57,237 bases of DNA from Candidatus Hadarchaeota archaeon (lineage in GTDB: Archaea; CAYQAE01; CAYVLA01). Shown here one piece after another: positions 46,744-55,561 of this stretch. The DNA lies in NCBI GenBank assembly GCA_964621445.1, contig CAZUNO010000005.1, positions 1 to 57,237 of the forward strand, given 5' to 3'. Made by a program: the position numbers and the translations under genes. The notes under the pieces are model-generated. The model was not told the origin of the DNA and made no database searches. It was given only the letters and a program-made list of their open reading frames with translations. The stretch's first letter is position 1. Every line of letters starts with the position of its first letter.

Positions 46744-47589
46744 TTGGCAAGCCTTTCTGCAAGAATTCTAGTTGCCATTAGCAACTTCATAAGCCGCTTT
46801 TGGCCAGCCAACTTTGACAGGTACTCCGACGAGTCGGCCTATTCTAAATGGCAGATGGAGAATGCCATAGAAAGTTACGAGCAATACAAAGAGTTCCAAC
46901 CCTTTGAGGGAAAAAAGGTTTTGGATCTTGGAAGTGGGGAAGGCGGGAAAACTACGTATTACGCGGACCGAGAACCTGAACTGATGGTGGGCATCGATAT
47001 CGATGGCCAAAAGATCCGGAGAGCGAAGCAGTTCTGTTCCCAAAACGATCCGGTTACAATGTGTCAATTTGTGGTCTGTTCTGCACACCATCAGCCCTTC
47101 CGCCAGGGATTCTTCGACATCGTCATCTCCGAGGACTGTTTCGACCATTATATGGAACCCGATTCGGTTATGCGGGAGGCAAACAGGGTTCTTACTAAGG
47201 GTGGCGTTTTCTTCGTTAGTTTTGATACCTACTATAACTGGGGTGGCTCCCATCTCTACAATTTCATCCGAATGCCTTGGGCGCATCTCTTTTTCTCGGA
47301 CTCTGCTTTGGTCGAGGCCACGCGCATCATTGCATCCCAGCTGACGGAAGAGAATCCAACCAACAAGAGGCGCGAATCTTACCAGGAGCAAGCAGAGAGG
47401 GAGATATACCAGTTCAAACATCACGTTAACAAGATTACTTTGGGTGGGTGGCGAGAGCTCGTTCGAAATCGCGATTGGAGAATTGTGTTAGAGGAAACAC
47501 AGTCCTCGGGAAAAAAGATACCCATTTTCAATCTACCTTTATTGGAGGAACTTTACAACAGTTTGTTTTACGTTTTGAAGAAACCCTAG
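46744..47589 (+). CDS. Class I SAM-dependent methyltransferase (visibly more AT-rich than the core genes)
   Basis: KVLDLGSGEGG, VGIDID, FDIVIS, RVLTKGG, GSHL...PWAHLFF. Confidence 0.88.
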   Translation: MASLSARILVAISNFISRFWPANFDRYSDESAYSKWQMENAIESYEQYKEFQPFEGKKVLDLGSGEGGKTTYYADREPELMVGIDIDGQKIRRAKQFCSQNDPVTMCQFVVCSAHHQPFRQGFFDIVISEDCFDHYMEPDSVMREANRVLTKGGVFFVSFDTYYNWGGSHLYNFIRMPWAHLFFSDSALVEATRIIASQLTEENPTNKRRESYQEQAEREIYQFKHHVNKITLGGWRELVRNRDWRIVLEETQSSGKKIPIFNLPLLEELYNSLFYVLKKP

Positions 47590-47666
47590 CCATCTTGCTA
47601 TTCGTCATCTCCCCTCCTCTTTCCACCTCAGCATACACCGGATCCTGGAGTCAGTAAGCTTAAGCA

Positions 47667-47687
47667 CACCCCCCAAAAAAGGGGGTG
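47667..47687. other. GC-stem hairpin (possible terminator or regulatory element)
   Basis: CACCCCC-CAAAAAA-GGGGGTG perfect 7-bp inverted repeat in the intergenic gap. Confidence 0.45.
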
Positions 47688-47743
47688 AAATAGTTTTAGG
47701 ATAACACACTAACAAAAGACGTATCAGCACCAGGCTCGAACCG

Positions 47744-48160
47744 ATGCGTATGACTCTAGAACAGGATATGGATGACATTTCCGCAGCCATAAAGGAACTC
47801 GAGGCCAACTGCCCCTGGCTTAACGATTCGACCATAACCCGGGGATATACCGAATACGGGGATAAGGCCGCCTTATGCAAAAGACCCCAGAAGGTGGCCG
47901 CTGGCCGGGCCTCAGCCCGGGCCTATCAGGCGGTTCTGGACATCGAACATGAGCATCTATCCACATGCAAAGGCAGGATTAAGAGGAAGCTCTCCAAGAG
48001 GGATGAGATGGCCGAGGAAAGCAGCCGCCTGCTCCTCCGCGACCTCTTTGACAAGTGTGAGAAGATATCGGACTGTATTTCCTGTTCCTGCGGATCGGCG
48101 GTCTCCGCTTACTACAACCTCAAAAAACTTAGCTCGGTTCTCCAGGAGGAAGGCACGTAA
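47744..48160 (+). CDS. Cys-containing hypothetical protein
   Basis: 138-aa ORF with host-like codon usage; CISCSCG cluster. Confidence 0.6.
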   Translation: MRMTLEQDMDDISAAIKELEANCPWLNDSTITRGYTEYGDKAALCKRPQKVAAGRASARAYQAVLDIEHEHLSTCKGRIKRKLSKRDEMAEESSRLLLRDLFDKCEKISDCISCSCGSAVSAYYNLKKLSSVLQEEGT

Positions 48161-48225
48161 CATTTTTAGTGAATAGCGAGATGCGGTTAACGTTCCACCA
48201 CCCGGAATTCGTCGGATGGAGGAGT

Positions 48226-48447
48226 ATGGATAGATCCAATATCTGGAATGTGTTTAGGGACGTAGCACCCAATCTATGTTACATATCCAGGACCAGGCGT
48301 AGGCTAAACGACCTCCTCGACCGCTCAAAAGACGAGGAAACCCTGTTTTCGATGCTCGATGAGGATATATCCAGGGAGGAAAACCCCTCCTTCAGGACGG
48401 ATCTCAAGATATTGAAGGGTGCGGTGGAACGTCATATGAAACCCTAA
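48226..48447 (+). CDS. Small hypothetical protein
   Basis: GGAGGAG SD before ATG 48226; directly upstream of nac. Confidence 0.65.
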   Translation: MDRSNIWNVFRDVAPNLCYISRTRRRLNDLLDRSKDEETLFSMLDEDISREENPSFRTDLKILKGAVERHMKP

Positions 48448-48453
48448 GGTAGG

Positions 48454-48825
48454 ATGACCATGTTTCCAATGAAAGGTATGAACCCCAAGCAGATGCAAAA
48501 GATGATGCGCCAGATGGGTGTCAAGGTCAAGGAGCTGAAAGGAGTCACCAAGGTGGTCATCTACAGGGAGAAGGAAAATATCGTGATTACCAATCCCCAG
48601 GTCACCAAAACCAAGGTTATGGGCCAGGAAATGTACCAGGTGGTCGGCGACGAGAAGGCCGCACCTGCCCAGGAAACCGAGACCGAGCCCCAACAGCCCG
48701 CCGTGTCGGACGAGGACGTGGAGCTCGTGGCCAGCCAGGCCAACGTATCCCAGGACAAGGCCAGAAAAGCACTTCAGGAATCGGAGGGCGACATTGCCGA
48801 GGCAATAATAGCCCTCACCGAGTGA
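48454..48825 (+). CDS. nac: Nascent polypeptide-associated complex protein
   Basis: MNPKQMQKMMRQMG, NPQV, YQVVG; UBA-like tail EDVELVASQANVS..KARKAL...GDIAEAI. Confidence 0.94.
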   Translation: MTMFPMKGMNPKQMQKMMRQMGVKVKELKGVTKVVIYREKENIVITNPQVTKTKVMGQEMYQVVGDEKAAPAQETETEPQQPAVSDEDVELVASQANVSQDKARKALQESEGDIAEAIIALTE

Positions 48826-48856
48826 AGTTCCCTGCCAGCATCCAACGGCACCAGGG

Positions 48857-50338
48857 GTGAATGTATTGACCGAGTATCACCGACTAGAAATCCAGGTAAT
48901 GCGCCAGCTTTCGGACGGTAGTGAAAGAAGGCTCGATGAAATAGCAGATTCCCTTTCCCTGCCCGTCCAATCGATCTACTACGGGGCCTCACTATTGGAG
49001 GACAGGGGACTGGCAAACGTCCGCCAGGAAAGGAAAAGAAGCTACGAACTCACCTCCCGAGGACGCAAAGCACTGGAAACGGGCCTACCGGAGGAGATAC
49101 TTCTCGAGAAAGCCCTCCGGGAAGGCGGAACCCCGGTACAAGAAGCCCTCCAGGAGATGGATCGAGAGCTAGCGGGCATAGCCCTGGGCCAGGCAAAGTC
49201 AAGAAAACTGGTGACTCTTGAGAAGGGAATCATCCAGCCCACGAAAAGGGGAAGGAAGGAGCACGGGGAAAAACCGGTGAAACGTGACCTGGAGCTCATT
49301 AAAAGCGGCGGAATTCCGGAGAATCCATCGCTCCTCCTGGAAAGGGGTCTGGCGGAGAGCACGGAGAGCACGGTTAGGTACGCATCCCTCAACCAGGAAG
49401 GCCTCCGCGAATCCAAGCAGGTCGAGATATCGAAATCAATAATCGACCTCTCCCCACAAATGATCGAGACCGGGTCATGGAAGGGAAGGAAATTTAAGTC
49501 CTTTGATATCCAGGCGCCTGCACCTCCTTCACCTATAGCCAAGAAACAGCCCTACAGGAGGTTTCTGGACCGGATACGGCGGAAACTGACATCCCTGGGG
49601 TTCGAGGAGATGACCGGCCCCCTGGTGGAGCTGTCATTCTGGAATTTCGATGCCCTCTTCCAGCCCCAGAACCATCCCGCACGGGAGGTTCACGATACAT
49701 TCAGGATTGCCGAGCCCTCGCATGGAGAACTCCCCGAGGACGAATTCGTGGACAGGGTCGGCAAGGTACACGAGGACGGGTGGAAGACCGGCTCCCGGGG
49801 CTGGAAATACAGGTGGTCCCGGGAGGAGGCATCATCCCTGGTGGGAAGAACCCAGGGCACCGCCCTCTCGGTCAGGACCCTGGCCTCTGGTATAGACCCA
49901 CCATGCAAGCATTTCTCCATAGCAAGGGTTTTCAGGCCCGATATTCTGGACCGGACCCATCTAATCGAGTTCAACCAGTGCGAGGGCATCATCGCCGATA
50001 AAGACCTTACCTTCAGGCACCTCCTGGGCATCCTCCGAATGTTCGCCCAGGAGATAGCCCACGAATCAAATTTCGCCTTCGTTCCCAGCTACTATCCGTT
50101 CACCGAGCCCTCAGTGGATCTGGTGGCCTATTCCAAGGAGGCAGGGGAATGGGTTGAACTGGGTGGCGCTGGTATATTCAGAGAGGAGGTAACCGCCCCC
50201 TTCGACGTGGACATACCGGTCATCGCCTGGGGTATGGGCATCGACAGGCTGGCCATGTTCAGCCTGGGACTGAACGATATCCGGGAATTATTCTCACAGA
50301 AACTGGACTGGCTGCGCAAAAGCGAGGTGGTGATGTAG
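48857..50338 (+). CDS. pheS: Phenylalanyl-tRNA synthetase alpha subunit
   Basis: FWNFDALFQPQNHPAREVHDTF, RVFR, THLIEFNQCEG, YYPFTEPS, ELGGAGIFR, AWGMGIDRL. Confidence 0.97.
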   Translation: MNVLTEYHRLEIQVMRQLSDGSERRLDEIADSLSLPVQSIYYGASLLEDRGLANVRQERKRSYELTSRGRKALETGLPEEILLEKALREGGTPVQEALQEMDRELAGIALGQAKSRKLVTLEKGIIQPTKRGRKEHGEKPVKRDLELIKSGGIPENPSLLLERGLAESTESTVRYASLNQEGLRESKQVEISKSIIDLSPQMIETGSWKGRKFKSFDIQAPAPPSPIAKKQPYRRFLDRIRRKLTSLGFEEMTGPLVELSFWNFDALFQPQNHPAREVHDTFRIAEPSHGELPEDEFVDRVGKVHEDGWKTGSRGWKYRWSREEASSLVGRTQGTALSVRTLASGIDPPCKHFSIARVFRPDILDRTHLIEFNQCEGIIADKDLTFRHLLGILRMFAQEIAHESNFAFVPSYYPFTEPSVDLVAYSKEAGEWVELGGAGIFREEVTAPFDVDIPVIAWGMGIDRLAMFSLGLNDIRELFSQKLDWLRKSEVVM

Positions 50339-50339
50339 A

Positions 50340-52007
50340 TTGCCGTCCACAACATTCCTAAAATCGGATCTTTACCCCCTTCTAGGCCGGAAACTGGGGG
50401 GAGAGGAGCTGCGTTCCGCCATACTATCCTGTAAGGGGGAGGTTGAGGAGGAGGACCGGGAAGAGATCAAGCTGGAGATAAAGGACAGCAACCGCATAGA
50501 TCTCCTTTCCACCGAGGGCCTTGCCAGAACCCTAAAGGGATACCTGGGAATGGAGAAGGGACTCCCCCAATACAGTTCAAGTCCTGCAAATATAGATATC
50601 AATGTTGACCCCTCGGTGGCCCGGGTAAGGCCCTACGTGGTGGCCTTCTCCGCCACCGGTATGGAACTAACCGATGAGATATTGAGCTCATATATGAACC
50701 TCCAGGAGAAGATGCACACAACACATGGAAGGGGCAGGGCAAGAATGGCCATAGGTTTCTACGACCTTGACCTGATCAGCCCTCCCATAAGGTACACCCT
50801 AACCCCGCCGGACCAGAACTCCTTCATTCCACTGGAGGGGAGCAGGGAGATGAGCCCCTCCCAGATACTGGAGGAACACCCCAAGGGACGTGAATTCAGC
50901 CACCTCGTGGACTCCTTCGAACGTTACCCTATACTGCTGGATGCAAACGATCAGGTTCTATCCATGCCACCAATCATTAACTCCAACACCCTGGGGAGGG
51001 TCACAGACACGACGCGAAATCTCTTCGTGGAGGCCACGGGAACAGACTTCTCGGCCCTCTCCCTGGGGCTAAATGTGCTGGCAACCGCCCTCGCTGACAG
51101 GGGTGCGGCTATAGGCAGCGTCAACCTTCTTTACAAGGATGGTACACGGAAAACTCCCGATTTCTCCAACCCGGAGGCGGAGCTACAACCATCCCACTGC
51201 AACCAAATCCTGGGCCTTGAACTCCAACCAGGTGACATTCTTGACCTTCTTTTGCGGGCAAGGTTCGATGCAAGGATGGAGAAAAACCGGATACGGGTCA
51301 CCATTCCCTGCTACCGTGCCGATATAATGCACGAGAACGACCTGATCGAGGAGGTGGCCATCATGTATGGCTACCAGAACATGGACCCAATCGAACCCCA
51401 GATACCCACCATTGGCAGGACTAATCCCCTGCAGGACTTCTCGGATCTCCTCAGGGAGCTTGCCATCGGCCTGGGGTTTCAGGAGGTAATGACCTTCGTT
51501 CTAACCAGTCCCCAGAATATCACCACAAGGATGGGTGATAGGGAAATCGAGTATGTGGAGATTGAAAACCCCACAACCAGGACCTTCTCGGTTTTCAGGC
51601 CCGATCTACTGCCCTCACTGCTGGAATTCCTGGCCAATAACACACATGTTCCTTACCCCCAGAGGGTCTTTGAATCGGGAGATGCCGTGGTTAGGGCCGG
51701 ACCGGCCTGCGAGACCCATAGAAAGCTCTGCCTGGTCTGGGCCCAATCCAAGGTCAACTTCACCGAGATGAAGGGCGTTATAGAGGCATTTACCGGGAGC
51801 CTGGACATTGATTATGAACTAAAACCCCTGGAAAGCCCCACCTACATAGAGGGCAGGGCGGCCAGATTATCGGTTGATGGACGCGGAGCGGGGGTTTTTG
51901 GAGAAATACACCCCAGTGTCCTCGAGTCCTGGCAGATACCTGTCCCCGTCCTCGCAGGTGAATTTGATTCCGAGATACTGTTTGAAGCCATCGAGAGGGA
52001 TAAGTGA
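50340..52007 (+). CDS. pheT: Phenylalanyl-tRNA synthetase beta subunit
   Basis: NRIDLLSTEGLAR, QEKMH, SMPPIINS, YRADIMHENDLIEEVAI.YGY, GEIHP. Confidence 0.97.
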   Translation: MPSTTFLKSDLYPLLGRKLGGEELRSAILSCKGEVEEEDREEIKLEIKDSNRIDLLSTEGLARTLKGYLGMEKGLPQYSSSPANIDINVDPSVARVRPYVVAFSATGMELTDEILSSYMNLQEKMHTTHGRGRARMAIGFYDLDLISPPIRYTLTPPDQNSFIPLEGSREMSPSQILEEHPKGREFSHLVDSFERYPILLDANDQVLSMPPIINSNTLGRVTDTTRNLFVEATGTDFSALSLGLNVLATALADRGAAIGSVNLLYKDGTRKTPDFSNPEAELQPSHCNQILGLELQPGDILDLLLRARFDARMEKNRIRVTIPCYRADIMHENDLIEEVAIMYGYQNMDPIEPQIPTIGRTNPLQDFSDLLRELAIGLGFQEVMTFVLTSPQNITTRMGDREIEYVEIENPTTRTFSVFRPDLLPSLLEFLANNTHVPYPQRVFESGDAVVRAGPACETHRKLCLVWAQSKVNFTEMKGVIEAFTGSLDIDYELKPLESPTYIEGRAARLSVDGRGAGVFGEIHPSVLESWQIPVPVLAGEFDSEILFEAIERDK

Positions 52008-52106
52008 CGGCTTCGTTACCTGGGAGCTCTTTCTAACCTTAATGGTAAGGTAGATCAAAACTTAACTGGTAGTTATAGGCCTAGTACTATTTCAATGGCC
52101 CTGAAC

Positions 52107-52145
52107 GAAAGAAAAGAAGAAAGAAAAAAAGAAAAAATTGAAAAT
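52107..52145 (-). terminator. Oligo-U-type archaeal terminator downstream of the S-layer-like gene
   Basis: Plus strand GAAAGAAAAGAAGAAAGAAAAAAAGAAAAAA, i.e. long T-runs on the minus strand 30-65 nt after the stop codon. Confidence 0.6.
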
Positions 52146-52173
52146 TATTTTCGTTTGGCTCTGATGTTGGATT

Positions 52174-55100
52174 TTACTCCTTCATCCTGAATCCGGGAGC
52201 GACGATCGGTAGCAGGCAGAGAATCAGCACTATGACTATCAGAATGATAGCCACCAGTAGCTTGGTTCCAACGGATGCATCAACGGCATTAACCTCGTCC
52301 TTGATGTTGCTCTCAACACCGCCGAGCTTCGCATTGACCGTGTCCACCTTATCGCTCACATAACCTATCTCCGACATTACACCGGAGAACTTGTTATGGA
52401 GCCCATCGGCGGCGCTTCCGATCTTTGAGCTTAGCCCTGCGTGGCTGTCATCGATCTTACCCCTGATATTGGAAATGGCGTACTCAATCTGGGCCGATAG
52501 CTCGGCCTTCATGGAGTCCTCCACTGCTCCGGTCTCAGAGTAGACAGCTTCAAGAACGTTTACCATCTTTCCACCTAGACCTGCGTTGACTGTGTCCATC
52601 TTGTCAACCATCTGGTTGAGCGAGTTAACGACCGCGTCAACCGTGGCTGTTCTGGTACTTGTGATCTGTTCGCTCAGAGATGACGCCCATTCTGAACCAA
52701 GATCGTTCCACTTACTGTTGATGTTGTTGTTAACATCGTTGTTAACCACGTCAAGTTGGTAAAGAACCTCATCGAAGTGTTCAACCATAGCTTCCGCGTG
52801 CTCGGTCTTCCACCTATCGATCCTTGCGGTAAAGGACTTCGTCTCCTTGGCGTAGTTCTCAATCAGGTTCAGCTTGGCCATGACCGAGGCATCGAGCTCG
52901 TCCAGGTTGGCTAGGACCATGTCGAGTTTGGAGATTATGGTTGCAATCTCCTCGTCCGTTAGGTCATCTAGCTTGGTGTCCAAGGCAGATATCTCGCCGA
53001 GTACCTCGTCGAGCTTCTCCCAGGTCATGTTGCTGGTGTCGTCGATCTTGTCCATGATGTCGTCGATCATCAGGTGCACGTCCTCGCCTGCAACCTCGAA
53101 GGTGCAGGTGGCAGGACCCTGGTAGCTGTATATATCCACCGTCTGGACATCTTCATCGGTCCAGTCGGCGCCCAATACCATGGCATATACGGTCCAGGTA
53201 CCCGGTTCGGCATCCGATGGGATCTCGTCCCAAATGGCGCCCAAGGCTTCCTCGCCTGAGGCTACCGTCTCGGTTCGAGTCCACGGATACGGGTTGTATC
53301 CGTAGAATCCATTCTCGGGCAGATACATCCACATGGACCCATAGCCATCGATGGGTTCAGAGTAGACCACGCCGCTGGGGTTAACCAACTTGTACACGTA
53401 GAAGCCCCAATCAACGGGGACCTCGTTCTCGTTCTCGTCGAGATAGAAGGTCTTTCCGTAGATCGACTTCTTCATGCATGGGGCGTACTCCTCCCAATTA
53501 GGCCAGATCTCCAGGTAGATGGTCTTGAAGACCACATCGAAGGTGACCAGTTCCCGAACGATGTAACCGCTGTCACACGTGGCGTTGGCGATTACCTCGT
53601 ACGTGCCAATCGGCCAAGTGGCGTTTATGTCCTCCGTGCTGAACGCCCAGTACTGATCAGAGGGCCATGCCGCGTCCTGGGTCATGGTTGTCTGATCATT
53701 GGGGTCGGGCACGTAGTCCGCGGTGTTCGGGTGGGTCTGCCAGTACCAGCTGATGTTCACGTTCTTGTCGTCGTATTCCGCGTTGTCGTTCTGGCGCGTC
53801 CTCAGGTATGTCGGATCGAACTCGGCGTTAAGCCATATAGTTGCCGGTTTCTGCTCGAATACTCCGTATTCGGTCAGAGAGGCCTTCTCGATGGATATGT
53901 ATCCCTCGATTGGGTCGTCCACGTGGAACGACTTCTCAGCCATGGTAGCCGGGAACATCAATGGATCAATGCCGGGTATGGACTTGATCTTGTACATACC
54001 GAAGAACTCGTCCAGGCTTTCAGGATCGGTGTCTATCCAGGAAGCAGGTATCATAACCGTGTAGGTGTATGTATAACTGCTGCCGTCTACCACCGGGTAT
54101 CCGGTGATATTCCAGCTCATGTTCGCCAGCATGCCGTCGTATGGCAGCGGATTGCCCACCCAGCCCAGGGATGAACCCTGGTAGTGGGTAGCATTCCAGA
54201 ACTGCAGCGTCAGGTTGTAAACGTCCTGATACGGGTTGTTCGCCACTCCGGTGTTAACCTGAGCGGTGAAGGTAACCTTGAAGCTGCTGGGGTCGAACCA
54301 CTGGTCATTCAGAGCCTCAACGTCGATATCTACCGTGAGCCACTGCGTGGATAGCACGTAGAATGTCTTGGCCCCAACGAAGGAACCCATCTGCACCTGC
54401 ACGGTGTAAGGATCGGTGGCGTTGAACGGGAATGCCGTCGTGTTTGCCGGCATCACGTTCTGGGCCGCCCAGCCCTGTCCAGGTACATAATAGATGGGGA
54501 CGCCGTCGTTCTGCTCTATGAGCGAGCCGTCAGGGTTCAGCCACTTGAAGATGGCAGTCGTTGCTCCGGTGCTGTTGCCCGGAGGATCGATGACCATGGT
54601 GGCATTGAACTGCGTAGACGGGGAGTCGCCATCCAGGTAGAATGGCTGAGACCTTCCGAGTTGGTCGGTGACCTGCACCGCGGCTGCGGCAGTTGGCACG
54701 TGGAAGAACATCCACTCGACAACTGTACCAGCGGGGTCGGTCCAATCCGAACCAGAGCCAGGTCCGGTCTCGTTTATCCTAACCTGGTACATTCCTGCTG
54801 TTCCTGCGGGATCGTAGGTAGTAACGAACAGATGGTAGGTGTACAGGCCGGATGTCTGGGTCGACACCGCCGGAACCGTTAGGGTCCAGACCGGGGTCGA
54901 GCCATTGAACAGGTGACCTGACATGTTGAAACCATTGCTGGCGCTCTGATTGCGGTAGACGATGAACGTCACGTTGAAGTCGTCGGCACTTGCAGCGGAC
55001 CTAGCTACGTAGGCGAGATTCACCTTAGAGAACTTGTAGCTCAGATTGAGCCTGTTCCATCCGGTGTTATTGTACATCGCCCAGGTGTCCGGTCCAACGC

Positions 55101-55239
55101 CGTCCTCCTTCAGCCATGCGTATTCCTGAAGCTCGTAATTTGCGGGTCTTGGCACTACTGCTGTCGCTGGGTTGATTATTGCCAGTATGCTTGCTAGAAA
55201 AATTCCGATTGTCGCTGTTGTTAGTCCCTTTCTAAACAA
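52174..55239 (-). CDS. Probable S-layer / major cell-surface glycoprotein with coiled-coil stalk and C-terminal TM anchor
   Basis: Signal peptide, many NxS/T sequons, beta-rich N-terminal ~720 aa, ~265-aa helical repeat region, TM LLVAIILIVIVLILCLLPIV; strong SD, TATA box and terminator. Confidence 0.75.
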   Translation of the reverse strand: MFRKGLTTATIGIFLASILAIINPATAVVPRPANYELQEYAWLKEDGVGPDTWAMYNNTGWNRLNLSYKFSKVNLAYVARSAASADDFNVTFIVYRNQSASNGFNMSGHLFNGSTPVWTLTVPAVSTQTSGLYTYHLFVTTYDPAGTAGMYQVRINETGPGSGSDWTDPAGTVVEWMFFHVPTAAAAVQVTDQLGRSQPFYLDGDSPSTQFNATMVIDPPGNSTGATTAIFKWLNPDGSLIEQNDGVPIYYVPGQGWAAQNVMPANTTAFPFNATDPYTVQVQMGSFVGAKTFYVLSTQWLTVDIDVEALNDQWFDPSSFKVTFTAQVNTGVANNPYQDVYNLTLQFWNATHYQGSSLGWVGNPLPYDGMLANMSWNITGYPVVDGSSYTYTYTVMIPASWIDTDPESLDEFFGMYKIKSIPGIDPLMFPATMAEKSFHVDDPIEGYISIEKASLTEYGVFEQKPATIWLNAEFDPTYLRTRQNDNAEYDDKNVNISWYWQTHPNTADYVPDPNDQTTMTQDAAWPSDQYWAFSTEDINATWPIGTYEVIANATCDSGYIVRELVTFDVVFKTIYLEIWPNWEEYAPCMKKSIYGKTFYLDENENEVPVDWGFYVYKLVNPSGVVYSEPIDGYGSMWMYLPENGFYGYNPYPWTRTETVASGEEALGAIWDEIPSDAEPGTWTVYAMVLGADWTDEDVQTVDIYSYQGPATCTFEVAGEDVHLMIDDIMDKIDDTSNMTWEKLDEVLGEISALDTKLDDLTDEEIATIISKLDMVLANLDELDASVMAKLNLIENYAKETKSFTARIDRWKTEHAEAMVEHFDEVLYQLDVVNNDVNNNINSKWNDLGSEWASSLSEQITSTRTATVDAVVNSLNQMVDKMDTVNAGLGGKMVNVLEAVYSETGAVEDSMKAELSAQIEYAISNIRGKIDDSHAGLSSKIGSAADGLHNKFSGVMSEIGYVSDKVDTVNAKLGGVESNIKDEVNAVDASVGTKLLVAIILIVIVLILCLLPIVAPGFRMKE

Positions 55240-55305
55240 TATTTAACCTCCTTTTTGTTTTATTACCTAGAAAAAACAAGTTAATCGAAATCGAACCTAA
55301 GAATC

Positions 55306-55320
55306 TTTATAAATCTTTTG
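55306..55320 (-). promoter_or_regulatory. BRE/TATA promoter of the S-layer-like gene
   Basis: Minus strand CAAAAGATTTATAAA; AGGAGGT SD at 55246-55252. Confidence 0.6.
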
Positions 55321-55561
55321 ACTTTGCTCCCGAGACCTTGGGACATCTCAGCTCAGAACCGTGATTTAGCTAACTTTCGCGCTCCATTTACCGGATCGAG
55401 CGAGATTGGCAGTCCGATTCCTTGAATATTATCGATTTCCGATAACCTGATAGGGATCCTTTGAAAACTTCGGCAAAACATATAATAGAATGATTTGAGT
55501 ACCCCAGCCGAGCCCCTATTCAGGAACCTAGTTCCCCCTTGGTTCCGTTGGAAGTGACCGC

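Noticed and set aside
45122-47600. tRNA-Gly as the integration site of the AT-richer patch
   Set aside because: nep1 and rnp4 lie between them, and no integrase or duplicated tRNA end was found
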